Below, one piece after another: positions 39,398-49,815 of a DNA stretch of 64,000 bases; within the stretch, counting starts at the first letter, position 1, and the number at the start of each line of letters is the position of its first letter. The stretch comes from Bdellovibrionales bacterium (lineage in GTDB: Bacteria > Bdellovibrionota > Bdellovibrionia > Bdellovibrionales > JAUICD01). A model generated the notes under the pieces. The model was not told where the DNA came from. It saw nothing but the letters and a program-made list of their open reading frames with translations, and searched no databases. The position numbers and the translations under genes are program-made. The stretch lies in assembly GCA_965203275.1 (NCBI GenBank), contig OZ241865.1, positions 480,001-544,000 of the forward strand, read 5' to 3'.

Positions 39398-40654
39398 ATG
39401 AATAGAGAAAAATATCTTTTATTAGGCTTTTATATTTTATTGATGGGATGTGCTGAATCATCTCAAGAAGGTGCTGATTATAGCAATTTTACAGGGGAGC
39501 TAAGCCAGTACGAACGAGAAATTCAAAGCACTGCAGATCATCTTTACACAAATGGACGTATAGTTTCTGCCGATAGCAATGTCAGAAACATCTTGTGGAC
39601 CATGACGTGGGATAGCACCCGAAACAAACCCGTGCTTCAGATGCATATAGGTAATGAGACAAAAACCTATAACTTTGCTAATAGAGTGCTTATAGGAGGT
39701 CGTAGTGCTTTTATTGTTCCTTCTCAAGAAGATTTAAGAGGTCTTGGAAATAATCAAAGTAATTATGTCAGAGTACTACAAATCAATAACTCTATGCAAG
39801 AGATTAGAGGTTCTATTCTTTTAGCAGACAATAGTATGTTTGCTGAGATTAGAAATGCTCTCACCACTCAAAGCCCTCTAATAAATAATACAGCTTCCAC
39901 AGAGGCTTTTTTCAGGTTGACCTTTGCTAGAGCTGCACACTCTTATTCATATCTATCTGCTGCTCCACAAGTTCAAGAGCTTCTTGATCCTATTATGCAA
40001 GAAAGACAAGTTTACATTGTCATCTCTAGTTTGCATTGGGCTAGACGTAGTGGCAATATACCTTCTAGCAATACAGGGGCGTTGAATACAAATAATATTT
40101 TTAATCGAGATAGTGGTGTATTATCTTATCTTCCTCAAGGAGATGCAATAAGAGAAGGATTTTCTTATTTTGATACAACAAGTTATGCTACTGGGAACTC
40201 TGATGTGACTTTAGAGGGAAAAATTGATTTTTATGCTGATTTGTATTCTGTGGTAGATACAAGATACCGGGTGATCAATTTACATTTTAAACAATCTGCA
40301 AGGGATTTCCACAACCCTGGTCAATTTCAAAACGTAAATGTCTTATTGGCAATCAATTATAAACATAAGGATGCCAGTGTTGTTAATTTAAGATCCACTT
40401 TAAGAAGAAAAAACTTAGCCCCCTTAAACTTTCTCTTTGAATTTTCTGCTAGTATGGGAACCAATTCTGCTCGTATAAATTTAGAGATTTCTCGTTTAAC
40501 TGCTGTAAATCCTTTTCAAAGAAGCTCTTTTGCAGAAGGATATACACCTATAGCACATCTTTTAGAGAGTGTAGGTGGTAATCTTTTAGAGGGATTAAAA
40601 AAGATTGGAGGCGGTATAGCATGGCCTTTCAAAAGACTTATGGACATGTTTTAA
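39398..40654 (+). CDS. Hypothetical lipoprotein (paralogous family)
   Basis: LMGC lipobox; shares a motif pattern with the ORFs at 41014, 42530 and 14167. Confidence 0.7.
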   Translation: MNREKYLLLGFYILLMGCAESSQEGADYSNFTGELSQYEREIQSTADHLYTNGRIVSADSNVRNILWTMTWDSTRNKPVLQMHIGNETKTYNFANRVLIGGRSAFIVPSQEDLRGLGNNQSNYVRVLQINNSMQEIRGSILLADNSMFAEIRNALTTQSPLINNTASTEAFFRLTFARAAHSYSYLSAAPQVQELLDPIMQERQVYIVISSLHWARRSGNIPSSNTGALNTNNIFNRDSGVLSYLPQGDAIREGFSYFDTTSYATGNSDVTLEGKIDFYADLYSVVDTRYRVINLHFKQSARDFHNPGQFQNVNVLLAINYKHKDASVVNLRSTLRRKNLAPLNFLFEFSASMGTNSARINLEISRLTAVNPFQRSSFAEGYTPIAHLLESVGGNLLEGLKKIGGGIAWPFKRLMDMF

Positions 40655-41013
40655 GATGGAAATGATATGTCTAAGAGTTAGTCAGTTGTTGTTATTTTTT
40701 TTGTCAAAAAGAATATTTTTATCTTAATTTACAATTTCTCAAGCGTTTGAAATGTTTCAAAATGATACAAATGCCTTTTCTCAGAAAAACTTTTAAATCT
40801 TTATATCCTTTAATTTATAAGCCTTTAAGGAATGCTGACCTTTGATATATCTTTTTTAATCTTATAACAAGAGTGATTGGTATATTTTTTGCTGTTTTAT
40901 TTAATAATATATTGTGTGTAAATATTTAACTTGGGGGTAGTATTATTTAATTTCAAAGGGCTTATGTCTTTTGGACCCCATCAAACTTAATCATCAATTA
41001 AATGGAGAAAATT

Positions 41014-42069
41014 ATGCGTAAATTAACTTATTTATTAATTGCAGTAGTAGCTCTATCAGGGTTGGTTTTTGCTGTAGGCTGTGCTAATGAAGGATCTATC
41101 AACAGTACAGATCAGAGGCCAAGAAGCATAGAAGCAGATAAAAAAACCTATAAAGAGAGAGTTTTAGAAGAAGCTCAAGCACTTCATGCAGAAGGTAAGC
41201 TAGAATCTCTTGAGAATTTGAGTCATCTCACATTTGAATTAGATGAACAAGGGAATATATCTAAAATTAATGGAGATGGTATAAATTTGCATTCTTATGA
41301 TCTATCTCTTGCCTTTACTTTAGGGAATACAAAAATTGTAGCTCCTGAATGGTCACTCTCGAGTGATTCAGATGTAAGCCAGGGAGCTGTCGTACTTTCA
41401 ATAGATGAAAAAGCTGATGGCATTGAGGGTCAACTTCATAACGTGTCTTCAGATGTTATGACCATTATCAAAGCACCTCATAATGGTGGAGACGTAAGTT
41501 TAACAGATGAGAATTATGAATTTACAAGTGTAAAAGGATTTTTCAAGTTTGTTTCTTTATCTAATGTACAATATGATGCAGATGGTTTTGATGCATTAAA
41601 CGACAAAAATGCTCAAGTTGCACTTTCTGCTGTGTATTGGAATAATAATACAGCTTCTGAAGAACTCAAGCTAGAAAGAAAGGCAAATGCAAAAGTCACA
41701 TTGGCCGATAAGAATAGTGAAGCTTTGTCACTTACTGTTGACAACCATACTTCTTCAGCAGACGTTGCTAGTGTTCTTGTAGAGGGGAGTGGGTCAATTA
41801 TAGATAACGGCACCATCAGTAGGCTTATTAATTTAGCAGAGGCTCTATCAGTTGAACCTTTAAGGCTGAGCTTTCATATTTCAGAAAATCTTTTAACACA
41901 TATTGACGATGAGCCTCAATTTAAAATTTATAACTTGGTCATTGGCCATGAAGTTATTCCTGGTGCTACATTAGAAGAAGATGAAATTCAGGTTAATCCC
42001 CCATTTGATGTTGATTTTAATGAATTGCCTCTAAATACAGAAGGAGCTAATCCTCCAGCAGAGCAGTAG
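41014..42069 (+). CDS. Hypothetical lipoprotein (paralogous family)
   Basis: AVGC lipobox, GGAG RBS before ATG 41014. Confidence 0.7.
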   Translation: MRKLTYLLIAVVALSGLVFAVGCANEGSINSTDQRPRSIEADKKTYKERVLEEAQALHAEGKLESLENLSHLTFELDEQGNISKINGDGINLHSYDLSLAFTLGNTKIVAPEWSLSSDSDVSQGAVVLSIDEKADGIEGQLHNVSSDVMTIIKAPHNGGDVSLTDENYEFTSVKGFFKFVSLSNVQYDADGFDALNDKNAQVALSAVYWNNNTASEELKLERKANAKVTLADKNSEALSLTVDNHTSSADVASVLVEGSGSIIDNGTISRLINLAEALSVEPLRLSFHISENLLTHIDDEPQFKIYNLVIGHEVIPGATLEEDEIQVNPPFDVDFNELPLNTEGANPPAEQ

Positions 42070-42071
42070 GT

Positions 42072-42445
42072 TGTTAAGAAAAGAGAGGATATTCTCCTCT
42101 AGAGGAATAGGCAGTCAGGTTATTTTAAATCCTGAGTGCCTGTTTGCCGGAAGGCAAGATACCATATCCGGCATCTGGGATCCGGGATCCGGCATCTGGG
42201 ATCCGGCAACTGGCATCCGAGATCCGGGATCTGGGATCCGGGATCTGGGATCCGGGATCCGGCAACCCGGCAGACAGGGATGAAAAAATGCCTTGTTTCC
42301 TTAACATGATGTTAAAAGAGGAAAGGATCCTCCTACTAAAAGTGGTCAAGCTTTCTAGGTTGCCAGCAATTGAGAAGGCGAAAGCCTTCGGCTGGCAACC
42401 AGAAAGTAGCCAGAGGCTAGTTCAATTTTAGGGAAACTTAGTGAA
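42072..42445 (+). mobile_element. Structured repeat mosaic, locus 5 (partial head, 14-unit heptamer array 42170-42267, chimeric core unit 42296-42437)
   Basis: Same modules; begins 2 bp after a stop codon. Confidence 0.85.
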
Positions 42446-42529
42446 AAAGATTGTATTTATTTTGAGATTTATTCATAATTAAGATCATAGTAAGGGATAA
42501 AGGATTTTTTTTTAAAGGGTGGTAATTAT

Positions 42530-43276
42530 ATGAAAAATTTATTTTCAATAACTATTTTATTTTTAGCAGTTATTTTTATAGGTTGCAGTCAAGTCAACAA
42601 TGAGGTATGGAACAATACCCTTGCAGAATTTAAAAATCAAGTGACAACCCTTGTCAATACTATTGAAACAACACCCGATGAATACACTCCTACCAATATT
42701 GAAACTATTCGTTTATGGAGAGCCTCACATAATCAAGATGGTGATCTGCTTGCATTCTATATAGATATAAGGCTTGATGAAGAAGATATCACTCTGACCT
42801 ATAACATAAACAGGCAGGTGGAAATAGAAGGGACAAATATAACCCTCTTAGCCTCTGTAGAAGACCTTGAAACAAGCCCTGCTGATCTTTCACCTAAAAA
42901 TAAAATTCTTTTCATAGATAGAGCAAATGACACTAACAATAATGAAATAATGAGAGGTAATATTCAAGTGGTTGCACCTTCTCTTATTAATAGGCTACGT
43001 ACAGCTTGGATGGAAGGGGAGTCTATATCTGGTATACCAAACATAGGACAAACTGAGGCTATTTTCCTTTTACACTTTGAAAGTTTAGATACTTCTTTAA
43101 ATCAGTTTGATACAAGAGAAGAAATCCCTACTCAAATGAGATATGCGGTGAACCTCATTCGCAGAGACAATAATAATTGGACTATAGAGACTATAGAAGG
43201 TCAATCGGGATTATTTGACTCACCTAGAGAAGATATTTCTATCACTCCAAACCCAAATATTTTTCAAATAAAGTGA
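42530..43276 (+). CDS. Hypothetical lipoprotein (paralogous family)
   Basis: FIGC lipobox; flanked on both sides by repeat loci. Confidence 0.7.
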   Translation: MKNLFSITILFLAVIFIGCSQVNNEVWNNTLAEFKNQVTTLVNTIETTPDEYTPTNIETIRLWRASHNQDGDLLAFYIDIRLDEEDITLTYNINRQVEIEGTNITLLASVEDLETSPADLSPKNKILFIDRANDTNNNEIMRGNIQVVAPSLINRLRTAWMEGESISGIPNIGQTEAIFLLHFESLDTSLNQFDTREEIPTQMRYAVNLIRRDNNNWTIETIEGQSGLFDSPREDISITPNPNIFQIK

Positions 43277-43283
43277 CCGTTTT

Positions 43284-44018
43284 GTTTCACTCAAAGTGAA
43301 CTGACCTCTGGTCACTTTTGGACAATGACCGCAAAGGCTTTCGCCTTTGACAAAATGGTCATTGTCTCAAAAGCCTGTTCACTTTGAGTAGGGAGGATCT
43401 CCTCGTCTCTTGACCACATGTTAGGGAAACAGAGTTTTATTCGCAAACTGTTTGCTCCTGAGATAATAAAAGAAATTTTCCCTAACATGGTGTAAAGAAA
43501 TAAAAGGATCCTCCCTACTCAAAATGCATAGATTTTTGAGGCAATCAGCCTTTGATCGACGGCGGTAGCCGTCGGGCTGATTGTCCAAAAACATGCCAGA
43601 GGCATGATGCATTTTGAGTGAAATGTTAAGGAAAAAGTTCCTTCTTACGGCTTTTGGCTCTCGCCGTTGATCAAAGGCTAACTGCCTAGAAAATCCATTT
43701 ATTTTGAGTAGGGAAGGATCTCCTCATTTTTTAACACAATGTTAAGGAAACAAGGTTTTCGCTTCACTCCTGCCCGTTTGCCTGATGCCGGGTTGCCGGA
43801 TCCCAGATCCCGGATCCCGGATCCCAGATCCCGGATCCCGGATCCCAGATCCCAGATCCCGGATCCCAGATCCCAGATCCCAGATCCCGGATCCCGGATC
43901 CCGGATCCCAGATCCCGGATCCCGGATCCCGGATCCCGGATCCCAGATCCCGGATCCCAGATCCCGGATCCCGGATCCCAGATCCCAGATCCCAGATCCC
44001 GGATCCCAGATCCCAGAT
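43284..44018. mobile_element. Structured repeat mosaic, locus 6 (minus unit 43284-43429, plus unit 43477-43623, minus 5' half, long heptamer array)
   Basis: Same modules, in a head-to-head arrangement. Confidence 0.85.
43798..44014 (-). repeat. 7-bp tandem array (RGATCCC) x31
   Basis: Uninterrupted run of ggatccc/agatccc units over 217 bp. Confidence 0.97.
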
Positions 44019-44149
44019 GAATACACCTTTATTGTGTGAAGAAAAAAGTTTCTACCTATCCATAGTATAATTGTTGATTTTTTTAAAAATTTAAAGAATA
44101 CTCATAACATAAAAGTATCAAAGTCGAGAAGGCCAAAAGAGAGAAATAT

Positions 44150-46129
44150 ATGACAAAATTTTATTTATCCAATCCAGAGGAAGAAGTTAAACAACTGACC
44201 CACAAATATAAATTTTTATATTTAATTCTTGGTCTTGTATTTGGTGTTTTTGTTTGTCGTCTTTGGTATTTACAAGTTTTCCAAGGTCAAAGCTTACGGC
44301 TATGGTCTGAAAGGAATCATATCAAATTGCAAAAGCTACCTGCTCCTAGAGGGATGATTTTAGATCGCATGGGTAAAATTATAGTTGATAATCGCCCTGG
44401 CTTTGATGCAGTGATCACACCTCAATATGTTCAAAATTTAGAACTTACAGCCCAAGAAGTTGCTAAAGTTTTAAACTTGAAGGCCTCTGACATTGTTCAA
44501 AAGTTAAATACTTCTAGCAAAAAAGAAGGTGCTTTCAAAGGTGTTGTCATCAAAGAAGATCTCAATAGAGATGAAGTAGCTCGCATTGAAAGAATGAAAA
44601 AACATTATACAGGTTTGAAAGTTGAGGTACGTATTAAACGTACCTATTTAATGAATGATAATGGAGCTCAGCTTTTTGGTTATGTAGGTGAAGTCACTAA
44701 AGAGCAAATTAAACAAGAAAATCAAAAACAAGATGTTTCACAAATTCAACAGGGTGATACCATTGGTCGCAGTGGAATAGAGTCTGACTTTGATGATTAT
44801 TTGAGAGGTCAAAATGGCATGACCTTTGTACAAGTTGATGTATCTGGTAGAGAGTTCAAGTCGATAGAAATCCCTCAAGTGATTAGTCTCATTGATTCTA
44901 TTGAGAATCCTCAACCAGGACATACATTGATTCTTACACTGGATCAACGTATTCAAGAGGTTGCTTATAAGGCATTTGCTAAGACAGGACGTATAGGTTC
45001 TGTTGTGGTTCTTGAAAATAAAACAGGCAAAGTGTTAGCATGGGTCAATTCTCCAAGCTTTGATCCAGCACTTTTTTGGCCAAAGATAAAATCAAAAGAT
45101 TGGAAATCTCTTATCAACGACCCTTTGGAACCTCTAAGAAATAAGGCCATTCAAGATCATCATCCGCCAGGCTCCACTTTTAAAGCTATTATAGCACTAG
45201 CTGCTTTGCAAGAAGGAATAACTTCAAATCAAAAGTATACTTGCCGTGGAAAATTTCAGTTAGGACTGCGTCCTTTTTATTGTGCCAGTCGGCATGGACA
45301 TGGAACATTAAACTTAGTTGAAGCTATTGAGCGATCTTGTAATGTTTATTTTTATAATTTAGGTAAAGAGTTAGGGATTGAAAAGATGGCTCGTTATGCC
45401 CGCTCTTTAGGTGTAGGAAAGAAAACAGGCATAGAGATTAAAGGGGAAGTGGCAGGATTGATGCCAGATACCATTTGGAAAGAAAGAATCCAAAAACAAC
45501 CATGGCAACTAGGAGAGACCTTAAATGTAGCTATTGGACATGGATCTGTTTTAACTTCTCCACTTCAGATGGTCACTATTTTTGCAGGTATTGCTAATGC
45601 GGGTCCTGTTTATAAACCTTACTTAATAGATAAAATTTTAAACAAAGAAGGCCAAGCAATTAAAGAAATGAAACCTTTACTCCTACGTGATCCATCAAGA
45701 GGTTTTAATACAGAATTGACCATTGCAAAAAAGAATTATCGCACAGTTCAGGAAGGGCTTTTTTCAGTCATACATGGTCAAAATGGAACTGCCAGATGGT
45801 ATAAAGTGCCAGGAGTAAAAGCAGCTGGCAAATCAGGAACTGTACAGATAAAGAAAATGAGTGCCAATGAACTTTTTAGTCGCTGTGAAGACATGCCAGT
45901 TTTACAAAGACATCATGGTTGGTTTGTTGGTTATGCTCCATTTGATCAGCCAGAAATTACAGTAGCTGTTTTTGCACAAAATTCTTGTTCTGGCTCAAAG
46001 GGAGCAGCTCCTGTCTTTCGAGATATTATCAAGGCTTATTTCCAGGAAGAAGAACCATCATCAAAACAAGCATCTGTGCCATCATCATTGCGATATGGTC
46101 TTGATCAGAATGAAGATTTGACTTTGTAA
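44150..46129 (+). CDS. mrdA: Penicillin-binding protein 2
   Basis: APRGMILDR, PPGSTFK (SxxK), SCN (SxN), GKSGT. Confidence 0.93.
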   Translation: MTKFYLSNPEEEVKQLTHKYKFLYLILGLVFGVFVCRLWYLQVFQGQSLRLWSERNHIKLQKLPAPRGMILDRMGKIIVDNRPGFDAVITPQYVQNLELTAQEVAKVLNLKASDIVQKLNTSSKKEGAFKGVVIKEDLNRDEVARIERMKKHYTGLKVEVRIKRTYLMNDNGAQLFGYVGEVTKEQIKQENQKQDVSQIQQGDTIGRSGIESDFDDYLRGQNGMTFVQVDVSGREFKSIEIPQVISLIDSIENPQPGHTLILTLDQRIQEVAYKAFAKTGRIGSVVVLENKTGKVLAWVNSPSFDPALFWPKIKSKDWKSLINDPLEPLRNKAIQDHHPPGSTFKAIIALAALQEGITSNQKYTCRGKFQLGLRPFYCASRHGHGTLNLVEAIERSCNVYFYNLGKELGIEKMARYARSLGVGKKTGIEIKGEVAGLMPDTIWKERIQKQPWQLGETLNVAIGHGSVLTSPLQMVTIFAGIANAGPVYKPYLIDKILNKEGQAIKEMKPLLLRDPSRGFNTELTIAKKNYRTVQEGLFSVIHGQNGTARWYKVPGVKAAGKSGTVQIKKMSANELFSRCEDMPVLQRHHGWFVGYAPFDQPEITVAVFAQNSCSGSKGAAPVFRDIIKAYFQEEEPSSKQASVPSSLRYGLDQNEDLTL

Positions 46130-46173
46130 GGACCTTTTATTCATGTATAAAAAACATATATACCTGGGGAGAT

Positions 46174-46782
46174 ATGGATATTCTTGTTGAAAGATTACAG
46201 AAAGCTTATAATCCTTTTGAGATAATGAAAGCATGGTGTCAGGATATTCATAAGCTCAATTTGATTGAACCTACTGCTATGACCTTGACCACTTGCAATC
46301 AAAAAGGTGTGCCTTCTAGTCGGATTGTGCTTTTAAAAGATATTTCAGAATCAGGGTTTACCTTTTATACCAATTACCAAAGTCTTAAAGCTTGTGATAT
46401 TCAAGAAAATCCTTATGTAGCTATCCTTATTTATTTTGATCAGATTCAAAGACAAATACGCATCCAAGGGCAAGCTAAAAAAGTTTCTGCAAAAAAATCT
46501 GATGAATATTTTGCCTCTCGCCCTTATCAAAGCCAAATAGGAGCATGGGCCTCTCAACAAAGCCAAGAAATAACTCACAGAGATCAGCTTTCAAAGCAAA
46601 TAAAATATTTTCAAAATAAATATCCTCACAGCGTTCCAAGGCCACCTCATTGGGGAGGATTTCTAGTACGTCCTTTTTACTTTGAATTTTGGATTGCAGG
46701 AGAATATCGCTTGCACCATCGCTTTGTCTTTGAACTCAAACAAGATGAAAATATATGGCAAAAAAAAATCCTCTCACCTTAA
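46174..46782 (+). CDS. pdxH: Pyridoxamine 5'-phosphate oxidase
   Basis: RIVLLK, FYTNYQS.K, YFASRP..SQIGAWASQQS, RPPHWGG, EFW...RLH.R. Confidence 0.95.
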   Translation: MDILVERLQKAYNPFEIMKAWCQDIHKLNLIEPTAMTLTTCNQKGVPSSRIVLLKDISESGFTFYTNYQSLKACDIQENPYVAILIYFDQIQRQIRIQGQAKKVSAKKSDEYFASRPYQSQIGAWASQQSQEITHRDQLSKQIKYFQNKYPHSVPRPPHWGGFLVRPFYFEFWIAGEYRLHHRFVFELKQDENIWQKKILSP

Positions 46783-47086
46783 CACACAACAATATTGATC
46801 CATACACTAAAAGCATGAAAAAATGTACACATCAGCACATCTACCTTTGCAATTAAAAACCTCTATAAAAATTTTATTTTAATCTTTCAAAACAGTAGGC
46901 ATTCTAAGTACATCTGCTAAGGAAGCTATCAAGCTTTAATGCGACCAGCCTCCATATAAAAAAGGACTTAAGTCTAAAATAGATTATGCAAAATACTTAT
47001 ACAAGGTCAATTATAACCTTGATTCAAACCTTGAATTAAAGTCATAATATATAAGGTCAATATAAAAATCTCACGCATCTATTAGT

Positions 47087-47131
47087 TAGTATTTACAAAT
47101 GTAGTATCTACAAATGTAGTATTTACAAATG
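47087..47131 (+). repeat. 15-bp tandem repeat x3 upstream of the SpoIIE-family gene
   Basis: tagtatttacaaatg / tagtatctacaaatg / tagtatttacaaatg. Confidence 0.85.
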
Positions 47132-47149
47132 ACATTGTAAGGCAAATTT

Positions 47150-49777
47150 ATGACCTCTCATAAACTTAAGAATAATTTATTAATTATATGTTCTTCCTTA
47201 TTGATTTTGATCATTATTTCATCTGTTATTTTTTTCCAGATTCTTCAAAGTGATCATCAAATCATAGACTTTGAAGATCGTCGATATCGATTTAGCATTC
47301 TTTCAGATGAACTACGTCAAACTATTGACGATCTCACTCGCATGTCTAGATTATATGTAGTGACAAGAGATACCAAATACAGAGAATATTTTCAAACTAT
47401 TTTAGATATCAAAGATGGCATACGTCCTCGTCCTGAAGATTACCACAATATCTATTGGGACTTCTATGTCGCTACAGGAGAGCCTCCACGCAAAAACAGC
47501 CATCCTATAGATTTACAAACACTTATCCAGCAAGAAAGTTTGACCCAAAAAGAAATGTTTTTTTTTCAAGAAGCTGAAGTAGCTACCAAAAACCTTATCC
47601 AATTACAAGAACAAGCTATGAATATTATGATAGGATTTGTGGCCACCGATGATGATGGAAGATACACTTTAAACATTGCTGATCCTGTTAAAGCAAGACA
47701 AATCCTCCATGGGGATGAATACAATCAAATCAAACAAAAAGCTATGCACTTTTTAAATACCTTTTTTGAGTTGGTCAATACTCGCTTCTCAGATACACTC
47801 AACAAACATAAAACAACCAGAAAAAAACTTTATACATCTTTAACGATCACCCTGGGTGTTATATTTTGCCTTGTTATTATATCTTTCTTATTAATTATTT
47901 TTTCTCCACAATTACAGCAAATCCAAAGAGTCACTCAACATAAATTGCCTATTTCTAGATTTTTCAGTACTTATTTTTTTAGACACTGGCCCTTAATTGC
48001 AGGGGCAACCGTGACTATCTTATTAACTGTAAGTATTTCTTGGTGGAGTTTTAATCAAAATAGAATATTGATCTATGATAATTTAAATAGTCATTTAGAT
48101 CAAATCCTTCAAGCAGGACATAACACAGTACTCGACTGGATTAACAGGACAAAAATAGAAGCTTCATTTATCGCGAATGAAATATCTTATCATGTTTCTG
48201 AAGAAGATTTTCAAAATACTCAAGGAGATACATCAAATAAATTTCAGGAAGAATTTTCCGCCTCCCGTATTTTAGAATCAGAAATATCTGAAAAATATAT
48301 CATAACAAATGCAGGAGGTTTTATAGTAGCTAGTGATGATGAATCTCTTATAGGTAAACTTTTTCAAATACCTTCGTTCATGCAAAGGCAAATCAATCAC
48401 GCTCCCTATCAGACTGTTTATTTTGTATCTCAAGATGATACATTGGCATCTCTTTTACCTACCAAAACCATTATTTTTGGCACTCGCATCTCAGAAGAAA
48501 AAGGAGCTGTTTATCTTTTACTTGATGGTGAGGAAATATTAAGTCGATTGCTTAAAAGACACTTTTTTTACAACACAGATGAAATATATATAGCCAATAC
48601 AAAGGGTGAATTTATCAGTCAAAGCCGATGGATGGATGAACTCCTTCAAAGAGGTTTTATCTTAGGAGATAGTATAACAGGCTTAAAAATCAGTAGTGAT
48701 CCTCTTGATGATCAGTCTATTCTTTCTTTATCAGCTCAAGATGTTATCGCAGGTCATAAAGGAGTTAATTTAAGTGGCTATCCTAATTATTTAAATGACA
48801 ATGTTGTAGGGCGATGGATGTGGGATCAAACATATCAATTTGGTGTGATTGCTGAATGGAATTTTCAGGAAGCTCTTGCCACATTTATCAGTTACAAACA
48901 AACAGCTAATCTACAAAATAGTTTTATTGTGCTTTTAATATTTGTATTGGCTTTATTTTTTATATGGAAAAATATAGAAGTAGATAAAACAAACTTAGAA
49001 CTCACTGGTGCTTACAAAACCATCACAAAGCAAAATAAAAAATACTTAAGTGATCTACAAATTGGTCAAAAAGTACAAATGGACATGTTACCTGAGGTGA
49101 TCAAAGGGAATGGATTTGCTATTGATGCTCTTTTACAACCTGCTCAGGTTGTTTCTGGTGATTTTTATGATTTTGACTTTATAGATAAACAAGATAGAAA
49201 TAAAATTTATTTCACTATAGGTGATGTATCAGGTAAGGGTGTACCTGCTGCTTTGTTTATGTCTGTGACAAAAGCCTTTTTGCACAAAACATTAGATATT
49301 GTACATACATCACAGGATATTGTTAGCAATGTCAACAGAGAGCTTTCACATAACAATGAACGCTGTATGTTTGTGACTTTGATTGTAGGTATTATGGATG
49401 TACAAACAGGTATTGTACAAATTACAAATGCAGGCCATACAGCACCCTACATAAAAAAACGTACAGGCGAAGTGGTTTGTTTAAGTGAAAACCAAGGGCC
49501 ACTTGTAGGAACTTTTAAAGATGCTAAGTATGATGTGCAGTCTATTAAAATGTCTAAAGGAGATATTTTGTTGTTTTATACTGATGGAGTGACAGAAGCA
49601 CAAAATGAAAATAAGGAGTTTTATGAGGAATATCGTATGAGAGATTTTTTAGAACACAATACCTTTACATCTCCAAAATATCTTACAAAAGCTCTATCTC
49701 AGCATGTGACTTCATTTATTGGCTCATCTCAGCAATTTGATGATATCACTATTTTATCTCTTAGCTACTTAGGGTAA
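47150..49777 (+). CDS. Membrane sensor with C-terminal SpoIIE/RsbU PP2C phosphatase
   Basis: Four TM helices; VSGDFYDF, IGDVSGKGVPAALFM, NAGH, YTDGVTEA, DDIT. Confidence 0.92.
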   Translation: MTSHKLKNNLLIICSSLLILIIISSVIFFQILQSDHQIIDFEDRRYRFSILSDELRQTIDDLTRMSRLYVVTRDTKYREYFQTILDIKDGIRPRPEDYHNIYWDFYVATGEPPRKNSHPIDLQTLIQQESLTQKEMFFFQEAEVATKNLIQLQEQAMNIMIGFVATDDDGRYTLNIADPVKARQILHGDEYNQIKQKAMHFLNTFFELVNTRFSDTLNKHKTTRKKLYTSLTITLGVIFCLVIISFLLIIFSPQLQQIQRVTQHKLPISRFFSTYFFRHWPLIAGATVTILLTVSISWWSFNQNRILIYDNLNSHLDQILQAGHNTVLDWINRTKIEASFIANEISYHVSEEDFQNTQGDTSNKFQEEFSASRILESEISEKYIITNAGGFIVASDDESLIGKLFQIPSFMQRQINHAPYQTVYFVSQDDTLASLLPTKTIIFGTRISEEKGAVYLLLDGEEILSRLLKRHFFYNTDEIYIANTKGEFISQSRWMDELLQRGFILGDSITGLKISSDPLDDQSILSLSAQDVIAGHKGVNLSGYPNYLNDNVVGRWMWDQTYQFGVIAEWNFQEALATFISYKQTANLQNSFIVLLIFVLALFFIWKNIEVDKTNLELTGAYKTITKQNKKYLSDLQIGQKVQMDMLPEVIKGNGFAIDALLQPAQVVSGDFYDFDFIDKQDRNKIYFTIGDVSGKGVPAALFMSVTKAFLHKTLDIVHTSQDIVSNVNRELSHNNERCMFVTLIVGIMDVQTGIVQITNAGHTAPYIKKRTGEVVCLSENQGPLVGTFKDAKYDVQSIKMSKGDILLFYTDGVTEAQNENKEFYEEYRMRDFLEHNTFTSPKYLTKALSQHVTSFIGSSQQFDDITILSLSYLG

Positions 49778-49815
49778 GATGGGGCAGTGACAAGATGTCC
49801 AGTCAGGTCGTTGCA

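Noticed and set aside
42072..43623. Integron attC sites flanking gene cassettes
   Set aside because: TAAC/GTTA cores are only about 5 bp apart, the elements flank essential housekeeping genes, and no integrase is present.
43739..44039. Heptapeptide-repeat ORFs (PDPRSQI / GSGIRDP)
   Set aside because: A stop-free 7-bp array gives open frames in all six frames; no RBS or conserved flanking coding sequence.
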